A DNA stretch of 64,000 nucleotides from Dehalococcoidia bacterium (GCA_965232845.1 OZ247428.1:2333543-2397542); one strand, 5' to 3'; counted from the first letter of the stretch, positions 17,961-27,567 are shown. The notes: generated from the sequence alone by a model not told the origin. Numbers and translations: made by a program.

Positions 17961-18815
17961 TCAACCACGGACCAACCATTCCTTGTTTGGCTCTAGCCTC
18001 AGCAGGTTTGCCAGGTTTCGGGTGGTGGTTTCGGCAACTTCCTCCAGGGTAATGCCTTTCAGGTCTGCCAGGAACTGGGCCACTTCCCGCACGTGACGGG
18101 GTTCGGTCCAGTTGTGGCGATATTTCTTGAAGGGCTGAGGGTATGCATCCGTCTCCAGCACCATATTCTCCAAAGGTATGGCGCGGGCCGCGTCCTGCAG
18201 ATGGGGCAATCGGGTCAGGGGACGGGCCATGGAGATGTAGAACCCGCAGTCTATTGCCGCCCTCGCCGTGGGTTCATCTCCCTGGAAGTAATGCATTACC
18301 CCACCGACGCTTCCGGCATCCTCCTCCCGAAGGGTCCGAAACACGTCGTCGTGAGATTCGCGAGAGTGGAATATTATGGGAAGCTCAAGACTCTTCGCCA
18401 GCCTGATCTGGGCCCGGAAGACCTGGTCCTGAGTCTCATGGTCCGGCGACGTGGGCATATAGTCCAGCCCAATTTCGCTGATGCAGACCACTTTGGGGTT
18501 ATCCCTGGCCAACGCTTCCAGCTGTGCGTAGACCTCGTCATCTACGGGGTTGTGAGCTTCCATGGGGTGAATGCCAACACCGGCATAAAAGGGGGCATGC
18601 TCTTCGGTCATGCGAATACAGGCGCGGGTCGATTCCAGGGTGGTGCCGGCGCACACGATGAATCCTATGCCGGCCTCGGCGGCTCTATCCAGGATACCCG
18701 GTATCTCTTCCAGCCCATACTGGTCCAGGTGGGTGTGGGCATCCCCAAACAGAAATGTACTAGACTGCTCGTCCACTCCGTCCTCAGACGTATTGCTTGT
18801 TGTCAACCGCGACAT
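17961..18815 (-). CDS. TatD-family metal-dependent hydrolase
   Basis: DAHTHLD.. N-terminal motif, ..EIGLDY.., ..HSRE.., and a C-terminal ..LETDAP-like LETDAYPQP. Confidence 0.85.
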   Translation of the reverse strand: MSRLTTSNTSEDGVDEQSSTFLFGDAHTHLDQYGLEEIPGILDRAAEAGIGFIVCAGTTLESTRACIRMTEEHAPFYAGVGIHPMEAHNPVDDEVYAQLEALARDNPKVVCISEIGLDYMPTSPDHETQDQVFRAQIRLAKSLELPIIFHSRESHDDVFRTLREEDAGSVGGVMHYFQGDEPTARAAIDCGFYISMARPLTRLPHLQDAARAIPLENMVLETDAYPQPFKKYRHNWTEPRHVREVAQFLADLKGITLEEVAETTTRNLANLLRLEPNKEWLVRG

Positions 18816-19147
18816 CCTCCGGAATTGCCCGCCGCAATTGAAACATATATTTCAACCTATAGCTTATACGTCAACCCTTATCAGCGTTTAAGTATACCTA
18901 ATATTGCACTGCACTCCATTGTTTAACAATGTATTAACACGCCGCCAGTTGAACTTAACTTTAGCCGTCTGGCTAATGTCATTGCGTGAGTGCATATATT
19001 ACAGGCAATGCAACCCTGGCTGTCAAGCCCTTCTGTGCCACCTTCCTTGGCAATGGATGACGGCAACAGATTATGTCAGCGTTTCCACGCCTGGATCCGG
19101 TAGGGACAAGGAAGAGGAACTCCAGCTCAATGGGGAAACCTTTTCGA

Positions 19148-19429
19148 TTAACTGCGGATAAGCAGCGGAAGTATGACCTGCTGGATAAAGGTGAGCAGCA
19201 GGATCGCCACCAGCGGGCTGAAATCTATCATGCCGAAGCTGGGCAGCACCCTGCGAATGGGCGCAAGTAAAGGCTCGGTGACCTGCACAAATACCTGGGT
19301 GATGCTGACCAGGGCCGGCGGAGGGTCGCTGGTCATGAAGGACAGGACCAGGGTGAGGATTATCCGGCCCAGAATGGAAAGATAAATGAGGGTGAAGAGC
19401 AGGTTGATCAGTTGCAGCGGCTCGGGCAT
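19148..19429 (-). CDS. yggT: YggT-family membrane protein
   Basis: 93 aa, 2 TM helices. ..TEPLLAPIRRVLPSFGMIDFSPLVAILLL.. is the YggT signature. Confidence 0.8.
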   Translation of the reverse strand: MPEPLQLINLLFTLIYLSILGRIILTLVLSFMTSDPPPALVSITQVFVQVTEPLLAPIRRVLPSFGMIDFSPLVAILLLTFIQQVILPLLIRS

Positions 19430-19449
19430 CTAGTGGCGCCTCCTTAACC

Positions 19450-20253
19450 TTAACCCTGGCCAAGCCTGATGGACTTAAGGTAAGCGGCATTGACCGCGTC
19501 AACCACGGCGCCCGGCACTCCACCTCGTTCCAAAGCCTGCAGGCCCTCGGCGGTGGTGCCGCCGGGCGAGACTACCATGTCCTTGAGTTGTCCGGGATGC
19601 TGTCCCGTTTCCATCACCAGCCGCACGCTGCCGTAAACTGTCTGCAAGGCCAGGGTACGGGCCATGTCGCGGGGCAACCCCACATAGACGCCGGCGTCTA
19701 TCAGCGCCTCAACAAACATGAACACGTAGGCGGGGCCGCTGGCGCTGAGCGCAGTGGACATATCCAGGTACTTTTCGTCGCTGACGTAAATTTCTTCGCC
19801 CACCGTGCCCAGCATGGACCGCGCCTGCTCCCGGTGACTTTCACTGACCGGGTCGGAGCAGGTCCACAACGTCATGCCGCAACCGATCTGGGCAGGAGTA
19901 TTCGGCATCACCCGGATGACGGCATCGTGCTGCAGACCCTGGGCCAGGGTGGACATCTTGGCCCCAGCCACGATGGACAGGGCCGCCTGATCCGAATCCA
20001 GCTTGCCGCCCAATTGCCCGAACACGGTTGGCAGGTCCTGGGGCTTGATTGCCATCACCACCAGGTCGGCGCCCTCGGCCGTCTTGACATTGTCCTGGTG
20101 AGTCTCGACTCCGTAACGCTCGGAGAGATAGTCGCGCCGCTGGGGCACGGGTTCGCCAATGACAACGTCCCCGGGTTTAGCCAGTTCGGCTGCCAGCACG
20201 CCGCCCAGGATGGCCTCGGCCATGGTTCCCCCGCCGATGAAAGCTAAACGCAT
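19450..20253 (-). CDS. proC: pyrroline-5-carboxylate reductase
   Basis: MRLAFIGGGTMAEAILGG (Rossmann GxGxxA) ... C-terminal VVSPGGTTAEGLQALE. The start is taken at the internal Met preceding the Rossmann motif. Confidence 0.9.
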   Translation of the reverse strand: MRLAFIGGGTMAEAILGGVLAAELAKPGDVVIGEPVPQRRDYLSERYGVETHQDNVKTAEGADLVVMAIKPQDLPTVFGQLGGKLDSDQAALSIVAGAKMSTLAQGLQHDAVIRVMPNTPAQIGCGMTLWTCSDPVSESHREQARSMLGTVGEEIYVSDEKYLDMSTALSASGPAYVFMFVEALIDAGVYVGLPRDMARTLALQTVYGSVRLVMETGQHPGQLKDMVVSPGGTTAEGLQALERGGVPGAVVDAVNAAYLKSIRLGQG

Positions 20254-20377
20254 CAGGCATCTCCCCCGGAAACATTGCTGCGAGACCGGTCCACACAAGC
20301 TCCCGCTCAACTTTTCCGGTTGCAATTATAACATTTGGGCAACTGAGTTCAGCCCTGTATTCCGGGCAGTTTTGAAG

Positions 20378-21409
20378 TTAAAAGTCGGACAAGCCGTTGC
20401 CCCGCGCCAGTTCCACCGCCAGGCGAATGGACTCCAGCATGCTCACATGCTGGGCAATGCCCTGCCCGGCAATGTCAAAGGCCGTCCCGTGGTCCACCGA
20501 GGTGCGTACAAAGGGCAGGCCCAGGTTGGCGGTTACGCTCTCTTCGAAGCCGTACACCTTGACGGGGATATGGCCCTGGTCGTGGAACATGGCCAGCACG
20601 GCATCGTAACGGCCCCCGATAGCCTGGTGGAAGACGCTGTCCGCCGGAATCGGCCCCACCGCGTTGATGCCCCGTTCCCGGGCCGCCTGCACCGCCGGGG
20701 CTATTTCCTCGGCTTCCTCATTGCCCAGCAGGCCTCCGTCACTGTTGTGGGGGTTCAGTCCTGCCGCCGCGATGCGGGGATTGGGAAAGCCCCACTTGAC
20801 GAAGGAATCGTGGGTAAGCTGGAGAAAGTCCAGGATCCGGTCTTTCTTTACGTAATCACAGGCCACCCGCAGGGAGCGGTGCGTGGTCAGGTGAACCACC
20901 CGCAAGTTCTTGGCCATCAGCATGGTGGGCACGATACTTGCCCCGGACAGTTCCTGCAAAAGCTCGGTGTGGCCGATGGACTCATAGCCCGCCATGGCGG
21001 CGGCTTCCTTGTTCAGGGGTGCGGTGGCGATGCCGTCCACGATACCGGCCAGGGCCAGTTCGCCGGCCTTGGTAACCCACTCCATAGCCGCCTTGCCGCA
21101 GGGCACGCTGATCTGGCCAACGGTAATGTCCTCGGGGTTAAGGTTATGGATGTCCACCACGTCTACGGTAGTGGGGTCCTCGCCGGCGCCGATGGGGTCG
21201 CCGGTCTCCCGTATGCTCAGAGGCAGGCCGGTAGCCTTTACCGCCTGGTTCATGGCGTAGGTGTTGCCGATAACCATGGGCCGGCACGAGGCGTAAACCC
21301 GCGGGTCGGCCAGGGCCTTGACCACCACCTCGGGCCCAATCCCGCAAGGGTCGCCCATAGTAATGGCGATAGCCGGCTTTTCCATATCAACGTCAACCAT
21401 AATATTCAA
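20378..21409 (-). CDS. pdxA: 4-hydroxythreonine-4-phosphate dehydrogenase
   Basis: ..IAITMGDPCGIGPEVVVKA.., ..GHTE.., ..MFHDQGHIP.K.., ..RTSVDHGTAFDIAG.. are PdxA motifs. Confidence 0.9.
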   Translation of the reverse strand: MNIMVDVDMEKPAIAITMGDPCGIGPEVVVKALADPRVYASCRPMVIGNTYAMNQAVKATGLPLSIRETGDPIGAGEDPTTVDVVDIHNLNPEDITVGQISVPCGKAAMEWVTKAGELALAGIVDGIATAPLNKEAAAMAGYESIGHTELLQELSGASIVPTMLMAKNLRVVHLTTHRSLRVACDYVKKDRILDFLQLTHDSFVKWGFPNPRIAAAGLNPHNSDGGLLGNEEAEEIAPAVQAARERGINAVGPIPADSVFHQAIGGRYDAVLAMFHDQGHIPVKVYGFEESVTANLGLPFVRTSVDHGTAFDIAGQGIAQHVSMLESIRLAVELARGNGLSDF

Positions 21410-21624
21410 CGCTCCCGTTGCAGATGGGGCAAATTACGGGGGAATTATAGCATGGGGGGGAGTCGGGGAAGGAAGTTGCCGTGGACACGCGGGTATCATT
21501 AGCCAACTTCAACCAACTGCGCGACGCACGTCTCCGGCAGTAGCGTGTCGAAGAGAGGAAATTAGGAGACGTTATTGAAGTCGAAGACCGCCGTTTCTTA
21601 AACGCGATCGGGTTTGCTCTTGCC

Positions 21625-21793
21625 TCAAGCAATTGCCTGCAACTTTTCCACCGTATCCGCGTCGAAATTCCTTTCACCACACTGGCTGCAGACCCGGGCA
21701 GGCACCTTCTCAACCAGAAACCACCGATCTTCCGGTTCCAGGGGCAGGTCACTTTTTTTCATTTACCGGCGAGCCACACACGTCACACACCAT
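21625..21793 (-). pseudogene. YgiT/MqsA-type 4-Cys zinc-ribbon gene interrupted by a frameshift in an A7 tract
   Basis: AGGAGG-7 nt-ATG(21793) encodes MVCDVCGSPVNEKK*. In the +1 frame, ATG(21762) encodes MKKSDLPLEPEDRWFLVEKVPARVCSQCGERNFDADTVEKLQAIA*. Removing one A from the run at 21753-21759 fuses them into a single CxxC...CxxC protein. Confidence 0.55.
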
Positions 21794-21870
21794 TTGCGGA
21801 CCTCCTGGCCCTGTAATCTATCCTTTGAGAAGGATCGGGGCGGGAAACTCCGGAGAGTGGCCGGGGCAAT

Positions 21871-22320
21871 TTATGTATGTACCAAGTCGTCCACTGCCAG
21901 AATCTGTAAATTCGGCAATTCAGGCAAAGCCGTGTCGTTGGTTAGGAAGTAGCGGGCGCCAGCAACAACAGCGGTTGCCAGGTGAATGGCGTCGGGAGGC
22001 TGAACACCGGGATTGTAGGCCCTAATTCGTGCCGCCTCCTCGGAAATCTCCGGAGTCACCGAATAAGTCCTAATCTCTGAATTGTTCAACAAGATTGATC
22101 GGTAACGCTGGACAAGGACTGTATCTTCGTCGCGAATGGGGTGAACCAATACTTCCAGAAGAGAAATCACTGAGGTTATCACTTGGATGTTTCCGGCGCT
22201 TAAAGCCTCAAAGAAGGGAGTGACCGCCTCAAAGTACGTTGGATTGCGCTCTACGAAGTATATCAAGGGGGCAGTATCCAACCCGACTGTTGCTCCGCGG
22301 AGAAAGTCTAATTGAGTCAC
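21871..22320 (-). CDS. vapC: PIN-domain ribonuclease toxin (VapC-like)
   Basis: ..GLDTAPLIYF.., ..LLEV.., ..DAIHLATA.., ..LTND.. are the acidic PIN residues. The GTG start overlaps the upstream stop (GTGA). Confidence 0.8.
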   Translation of the reverse strand: MTQLDFLRGATVGLDTAPLIYFVERNPTYFEAVTPFFEALSAGNIQVITSVISLLEVLVHPIRDEDTVLVQRYRSILLNNSEIRTYSVTPEISEEAARIRAYNPGVQPPDAIHLATAVVAGARYFLTNDTALPELPNLQILAVDDLVHT

Positions 22321-22544
22321 TTGCCGCGTAACTCGTTCACCCAACCCTGAGCGTCAATACCTTGTCGCCAGAGCTCCTTGCCCGTGCTCTCCATATCGAC
22401 GATATCCATGATGCTGTTCTTCTGGCTACGGTTTGCAATCATGACTCGCACAACCTCGAGAACTGCGGCTTGCTCGGCAACAGTCATTTCTTCGATAAGC
22501 TGCGTCAGGCGTTCCTTGACGGTTACCGTATTTTTTTCCTGCAT
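22317..22544 (-). CDS. putative antitoxin partner of the PIN toxin
   Basis: 75 aa from the ATG at 22544, translationally coupled to the PIN gene. No specific family recognised. Confidence 0.5.
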   Translation of the reverse strand: MQEKNTVTVKERLTQLIEEMTVAEQAAVLEVVRVMIANRSQKNSIMDIVDMESTGKELWRQGIDAQGWVNELRGK

Positions 22545-22742
22545 GGCGGGTTCCTTGCCCGGGGTCAGGTTAAAGAAAGTATAGCATGTCACTTTGGGCG
22601 CAGTGTCTTCCCAGTCAGGTTTGGGAACCTTCAAGGATTCAATGGTAAAAGGCGAACAATAGACGCTCTCCCGTTGACACGTCCTTTTCATGCCGCCCAT
22701 AGTATGCCGAGCTTACAAGCCCCGCACGGAGGAAAACCGACC

Positions 22743-23375
22743 ATGAATCTTAATGCCGAAACACACCTGGCAGCCGTCCACCGCTCCGTGTCGTTTCTGG
22801 AGCGGGACGGTCAGTCCGCCAGCGCGGTTACACTTTCCCGAAGCTACTCCACCACGCTGGAGGACCTGTGGGACGCCGGGACCAGCGCAGAACGCATACC
22901 CCGCTGGTTCATGCCGGTCAGCGGAGATCTGGAACTCGGCGGCCGCTACCAGTTGGAGGGCAACGCAGGAGGCACGGTTACAGCATGCGAACCCCTGTCC
23001 CATCTCGCGCTGACCTGGGAGTTTGGCGGCGACGTCAGCTGGGTTGAGATAAGGCTCTCTGAGGACGGAACCGGAGAGGCGCGGCTTACCCTCACCCACA
23101 CCGCGCTGCTTTCGGAACACTGGGACCAGTACGGGCCGGGAGCCGTCGGAGTGGGCTGGGAAATGGGTCTGCTGGGCATGGCGCTTCATATCGAACAGCC
23201 GGAGGAGCCAAAGCTGGACGAAGAAGCCTTCGCCACCTCCCCAGAGGGAAAAGCATTGCTGACCGGCAGCAGCGAGGCGTGGGCGGACGCCGCAATCGCG
23301 GCCGGGACGGCACCGGAAATTGCCCGTGCCGCGGCAGGGCGGACGACGGCGTTTTATACTGGGGAGGCTGGGTGA
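22743..23375 (+). CDS. SRPBCC-superfamily protein (Aha1/activator-of-Hsp90-ATPase-like domain)
   Basis: From the ATG at 22743: ..VTLSRSYSTTLEDLWDAGTSAERIPRWF..GDLELGGRYQLEGNAGGTV..CEP...LALTWEFGG..SWVEIRL.. is the typical pattern. Confidence 0.8.
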   Translation: MNLNAETHLAAVHRSVSFLERDGQSASAVTLSRSYSTTLEDLWDAGTSAERIPRWFMPVSGDLELGGRYQLEGNAGGTVTACEPLSHLALTWEFGGDVSWVEIRLSEDGTGEARLTLTHTALLSEHWDQYGPGAVGVGWEMGLLGMALHIEQPEEPKLDEEAFATSPEGKALLTGSSEAWADAAIAAGTAPEIARAAAGRTTAFYTGEAG

Positions 23376-24148
23376 CGGGTGGGGTAATAGAAGACCATCA
23401 CCTGCTTGTATTCGTCCCTTCCCCACGCCATTGCTTCCGCAGGTACATCCACGGGCTTTCTGCGGCCCAACCTTACCGGAGCAGCACCCTCTTCCACTCC
23501 GTAGCTATTCCAAGCTCGGCCCACCAACTCCATGCGTTCTTTGGAAAGAATGCTGGAAGAAGGTATGGCATATTCGGTCTTGCCTGCGTGCGGCCACTGC
23601 AACGCTGCTTTTCCTTCTTCCGACACCTTCCAAACACCCATCAAGGCCTCTTCAGGCATGAGGTCCACCATTCGCACGGCCGTTGCCGGAAGGGAAGTGT
23701 CATAAGTGTTGGCTAAAGTTCTCAGACTCTTTAACGACCACCCTTCCAACCAGCCATCTTCGTAGAAAGCCATGCGGGGCATAAGGATTTCGGCGGCAAT
23801 CTGGTCACATATTCTTTCTTCCTCGTCCGAGTACCCGTGCCCACGATATTTTAAGGAAGCACCACTTTTCTCCGACTTCTGCAGAAGTAGATGCCCCAGT
23901 TCGTGAGCGAGAGAAAACCTCTGACGCCTGACCAAATTCTCTTGACTTGCTTTTTTTAGGACGATTGAATAACCAGAACCGCTAGGCAACAGCATAGCGT
24001 CTGATTCGATATCTCTTTCCTCGATGGACTTTACACCCCACCTCTTGGCAAGCGCCTCCAGGTCCAACGGGTGGGGAAGTGCCAGCAATCGAAATTCATC
24101 AACTATCTTGGCGATCTCTTGCTGACTATTGCGAGCCATACTGGACAC
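23354..24148 (-). CDS. ImmA/IrrE-family (COG2856, M78-like) metallopeptidase
   Basis: HEXXH motif LAHELGHLLL followed by EEERICDQIAAEILMP. Lower G+C. Confidence 0.85.
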   Translation of the reverse strand: MSSMARNSQQEIAKIVDEFRLLALPHPLDLEALAKRWGVKSIEERDIESDAMLLPSGSGYSIVLKKASQENLVRRQRFSLAHELGHLLLQKSEKSGASLKYRGHGYSDEEERICDQIAAEILMPRMAFYEDGWLEGWSLKSLRTLANTYDTSLPATAVRMVDLMPEEALMGVWKVSEEGKAALQWPHAGKTEYAIPSSSILSKERMELVGRAWNSYGVEEGAAPVRLGRRKPVDVPAEAMAWGRDEYKQVMVFYYPTRHPASPV

Positions 24149-24602
24149 TTAAACTAAAGAGTCTTAGCTCATCCTCAATTTCTCGCCGAGCAAGGTACTC
24201 TTCCAACTTCTCCTTCACAACCTTCCGGTCTTTATCTGACAAATCCTGACCACGAAATCTTACTGAGGGAGCGAATTCTTCGAGGAATTCTTGAACGAGC
24301 AATGGGCTACCGAACCGCTCTTGGAGCCAAGTTTCGACTAATGATTCGACCTCACTCTGCTTCTCGTCGCTATACCCCGTCTTCAAGTAATCCAACGAAA
24401 CGCCTAGAGCCCAAGCTACCGGATCGAGGATGTCATCATTGGCAGGAAATCGGTTTGATTCGATTCTAGCTATGGTTCCAAACCTTAGGCCTGCCTTCTC
24501 GTCCAAATCATCTTGGCTGAGTCCGCACTGATCACGGAGCCTCTTGATCCGTTCCCCTATCGTTTCCTTTATTTCGCCCAATGGCCATCTCCATTTATTC
24601 AT
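24126..24602 (-). CDS. Xre-family helix-turn-helix regulator with C-terminal extension
   Basis: IGERIKRLRDQCGLSQDDLDEKAGLRFGTIARIE is a Cro/C1-type HTH. The 3' end overlaps the ImmA start by 23 nt. Confidence 0.8.
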   Translation of the reverse strand: MNKWRWPLGEIKETIGERIKRLRDQCGLSQDDLDEKAGLRFGTIARIESNRFPANDDILDPVAWALGVSLDYLKTGYSDEKQSEVESLVETWLQERFGSPLLVQEFLEEFAPSVRFRGQDLSDKDRKVVKEKLEEYLARREIEDELRLFSLSVQYGSQ

Positions 24603-24630
24603 TGAGAGTGCCTAAATTCCACTCTCCTCC

Positions 24631-27090
24631 CTATTCACACTTGTTCCATCCACAAGAAATGCACATCAAACACCCTTCCTGGTAGATGACTGGGGTGTTG
24701 CAGTCGGGGCATTTGCGGGCCGTGGGGGCGGCGCCGCCGTTGCCGTTCCCATTTCCGTTGTGGTACATAGGCTCCGGCACAAACTGCATCTGCACCGCTT
24801 TCGCTTCCGTCGGCTGCTCCGTTTCCTCGGCGTTCCTCTCAGCGAAACGCTGCAGGGCCAGGGCCACCGCGTCGGGGCCGGAGCGGACCAGGGTGCCCTC
24901 GTCCCAGAAGGGACAGCAGGTTATTCCCTTTAGCTGCTCCACTACGTCGTCGACGCCGACGCCCGACCGCAGGGCCAGCGACGCCAGGCGGGATATTGCC
25001 TCGAGCTGGGCCGAGTCGCAGCCGCCGGCCTTGCCCAGGGTGCTGAACACTTCAAAGGGCTTGCCCTCTTCCTTGTAGTTGATGGTTACGTACATGTTGC
25101 CGTGGCCGGTATGCACCCGCTCGGTTATCCCCTGTATCTGGCGGGGCCGGTCCCGCATTACCCGGACGCCCGTGCCCTCTCCGGACGTCTCGCCATCTTC
25201 CGAAGCCTGGGAGCCCGTTTCGCCGGTGCTCAGTACCTGGCCTTCCTTGCTGCCGTCCCGGTACACGGTAATGCCCTTGCAGCCGGTCTCGTAAGCCAGC
25301 ATGTAGGCCTCGGCCACGTCGGCCACGGTGGCGCTGTTGGGGAAGTTGATAGTCTTGGACACTGAGTTGTCCGTGTATTCCTGGAAGGCCGCCTGCATTC
25401 GCACGTGCCATTCCGGGGTGATGTCATGGGAGGTACGGAAAACTTCCTTGACCCATTCGGGCACGTCCAGCTCGTGGAGGCTGCCCTTCTGCGCCAGTTG
25501 TTCCATCAATTCATGGGAGTAGAAACCCTCTTGCCTTGCCACGGCCTCGAAGTAAGGGTTGCCCTCCACCAGCCGTGTATTGTCCATCACGTTGCGGACA
25601 TAGGACAGGGCGAACAGGGGCTCAACGCCGCTGGACGCGCCGGAAATAATGCTGATGGTGCCCGTGGGGGCAATGGTTACCGGCGCGGAGTTGCGCATCC
25701 GGCGGACGTTGCCGGGCTGGTTGTAGACGCTCCCCTCCCACGCCGGGAAGGTACCGCGCTTCTCCGAAAGCTCCACAGAGGCCTTGTAAGTCTCGTCCTG
25801 GATACGGCGCATTACCTGGCCGCCCAGCTCCAGTGCCTCCTCCGAGTCGTAGCGAACGCCAAGCTGCACCAGCAGGTCGGAAAAGCCCATGATGCCCATG
25901 CCGATGCGCCGGGTCTTCTTGCTCATCACCTCGATTTCCTCGAGGGGGTAATCGTTCATGTCGATGACGTTGTCCAGCATGTGGGTGCCGACGTGAACGG
26001 CCTGCGCCAGCCGGTCCCAATCCATTACCACGTCATCGTCGGTGTATTTCACCATCCGGGCCACGTTGAGCGACCCCAGGTTGCAGGACTCGAAGGGGAG
26101 CAGGGGCTGTTCGCCGCAGGGGTTGGTGCTCTCAATCCTGCCAAGCTGAGGGTTGGGGTTGTCCCGGTTTATCCGGTCCAGGAACACGATGCCCGGGTCG
26201 CCGGTCTGCCAGGCCATCTGGGTCAGCTGTTCGAATACTTCCCTGGCGTTGAGCTGACCGGTTATCTCGCCGGTGCGGGGGTTGACCAGGTCATAGGCCT
26301 GGTCCCTCTCCACCCGCTGCATGAAGTCTTCGGTTACTGCCACCGAGATATTGAAGTTGACCAGGTGCGCCCCGTCTTCCTTGGCGTGAATGAACCGCAG
26401 GATGTCCGGGTGGTCAACATTCAGGATTCCCATGTTGGCGCCCCGGCGGGTGCCGCCCTGCTTGACGACATCCGTAGCGGCGTCAAATGCATTGATAAAG
26501 CTGACCGGACCGGAGGCCACGCCCCCGGTGGAGCCGACCACATCGCCCTCGGGCCGCAGCCGCGAAAAGGAAAAACCGGTGCCGCCGCCGCTCTTGTGGA
26601 TCAGGGCCGTTTCCTTCACCCGTTCAAATATGGAGTCCAGAGAGTCGTCCACCGGCAGCACGAAACAGGCGGAAAGCTGCTGCAACTCCCGGCCGGCGTT
26701 CATCAGTGTCGGCGAATTGGGCATGAACTCCAGCCGCCGCATGACGTTATAGAAAGCCTGCTCGGTTTCCTGCCGTTCTTCCTCAGTTGCCGACCCGTAG
26801 TTGAGGTCGGCCATGGACAGGTTGCGGGCCACCCGGCGGAACATTCCGTCCGGGTCTTCCAGTACGTTGCCCTCCCGGTCCTTGGACAGGTAGCGCCGAC
26901 GGAGCACTACCTCGGAGTTTTCGGTTAGTTCCGTCGAGCGGTTGTTAATCTGCTGTGCGATGCCGGCGGCAACTGCCGCATCCCTGATACGCCGCCTGAT
27001 TTCGCCCGTCGTCTCTAATGAGTTATCTTGCGCCGTTGCCATCCCCCCTCCACTGCTATTCCGATAAGTGTAGTTGTTCTCCGATGCCAT
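24631..27090 (-). CDS. nrdJ: adenosylcobalamin-dependent (class II) ribonucleotide reductase
   Basis: ..PNSPTLMNAG.., ..STNPCGEQPLLPFESCNLGS.., ..VSKTINFP.. and a C-terminal Cys4 zinc ribbon CPDC..CISCGW. No intein-like insertion seen. Confidence 0.95.
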   Translation of the reverse strand: MASENNYTYRNSSGGGMATAQDNSLETTGEIRRRIRDAAVAAGIAQQINNRSTELTENSEVVLRRRYLSKDREGNVLEDPDGMFRRVARNLSMADLNYGSATEEERQETEQAFYNVMRRLEFMPNSPTLMNAGRELQQLSACFVLPVDDSLDSIFERVKETALIHKSGGGTGFSFSRLRPEGDVVGSTGGVASGPVSFINAFDAATDVVKQGGTRRGANMGILNVDHPDILRFIHAKEDGAHLVNFNISVAVTEDFMQRVERDQAYDLVNPRTGEITGQLNAREVFEQLTQMAWQTGDPGIVFLDRINRDNPNPQLGRIESTNPCGEQPLLPFESCNLGSLNVARMVKYTDDDVVMDWDRLAQAVHVGTHMLDNVIDMNDYPLEEIEVMSKKTRRIGMGIMGFSDLLVQLGVRYDSEEALELGGQVMRRIQDETYKASVELSEKRGTFPAWEGSVYNQPGNVRRMRNSAPVTIAPTGTISIISGASSGVEPLFALSYVRNVMDNTRLVEGNPYFEAVARQEGFYSHELMEQLAQKGSLHELDVPEWVKEVFRTSHDITPEWHVRMQAAFQEYTDNSVSKTINFPNSATVADVAEAYMLAYETGCKGITVYRDGSKEGQVLSTGETGSQASEDGETSGEGTGVRVMRDRPRQIQGITERVHTGHGNMYVTINYKEEGKPFEVFSTLGKAGGCDSAQLEAISRLASLALRSGVGVDDVVEQLKGITCCPFWDEGTLVRSGPDAVALALQRFAERNAEETEQPTEAKAVQMQFVPEPMYHNGNGNGNGGAAPTARKCPDCNTPVIYQEGCLMCISCGWNKCE

Positions 27091-27093
27091 ATG

Positions 27094-27567
27094 CTAGTTT
27101 GAGACCTGCTTCAATCTCCCGGCCAGCGCCAAATCAAGGGTTATGCCCCAGTGAAAGTACATTTCAGGTACCAGGCGCGCCGGGCCCGATATTCGCGTCG
27201 CCAAACGACCCAGCAATCCGGTTAGCAACGGCCTCGCCACCGACCGCCTCTCCAAAGCGGCTATTACCGACCTGGCGCCCGCGGCCACCGGCCCCAGTAC
27301 CATACGATGAATTATACCGGACTTCAGATGGGATCCCCGGCTGGACAGGCACTGCTGAATGGAGTCCGCCAGGTCCTTCAGTGTTCCGTTGGCCAGCCTG
27401 TGGCCGGAAACCAACTCGATGGTCAGCCAGTCCCGGTCGGTCCAGCACCGCTCCACCGGGAAGCTCTGCGCCAGTTCTTCGGTCAACTGGCTCTCCTGTC
27501 CCAGGGGCATGGGCTGGCACTGTACGTGGACCAGGTACTTCGTTTGTTCTCTCATTTGATATCTCAC
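27094..27567 (-). CDS. hypothetical protein, translationally coupled to nrdJ
   Basis: Its stop TAG (27094-27096) lies 3 nt before the nrdJ ATG (27090). No convincing RBS at either the GTG 27567 or the ATG 27555. No family recognised. Confidence 0.45.
   Translation of the reverse strand: MRYQMREQTKYLVHVQCQPMPLGQESQLTEELAQSFPVERCWTDRDWLTIELVSGHRLANGTLKDLADSIQQCLSSRGSHLKSGIIHRMVLGPVAAGARSVIAALERRSVARPLLTGLLGRLATRISGPARLVPEMYFHWGITLDLALAGRLKQVSN

Noticed and set aside
21393-21752. 119-aa minus-strand ORF and the overlapping 130-aa plus-strand ORF in the pdxA-vapC intergenic region
   Set aside because: Poor, Arg/Ser/Cys-rich composition and no RBS. The region is better explained by the frameshifted zinc-ribbon gene (21625-21793) plus non-coding sequence.
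23354-24602. Prophage remnant inferred from the Xre/ImmA pair
   Set aside because: No integrase, att-like repeats, or structural or replication phage genes are adjacent. The flanks are nrdJ and an SRPBCC gene.
25405-26928. Long antisense ORFs (for example 25405-26928 +, 1147-2223 -, 7546-8478 +, 47071-48246 -, 57864-59570 +, 20159-21502 +, 56644-57852 +)
   Set aside because: They lie opposite well-supported genes and have Arg/Gly/Pro/Ala/His-rich, homopolymer-like translations typical of shadow frames in high-G+C DNA. They lack RBSs and recognisable domains.
24631-27090. Intein in NrdJ (a frequent intein host)
   Set aside because: The conserved RNR motifs are contiguous, and no Cys/Ser...HN(C/S/T) splice-junction blocks or endonuclease-like insertion are visible.
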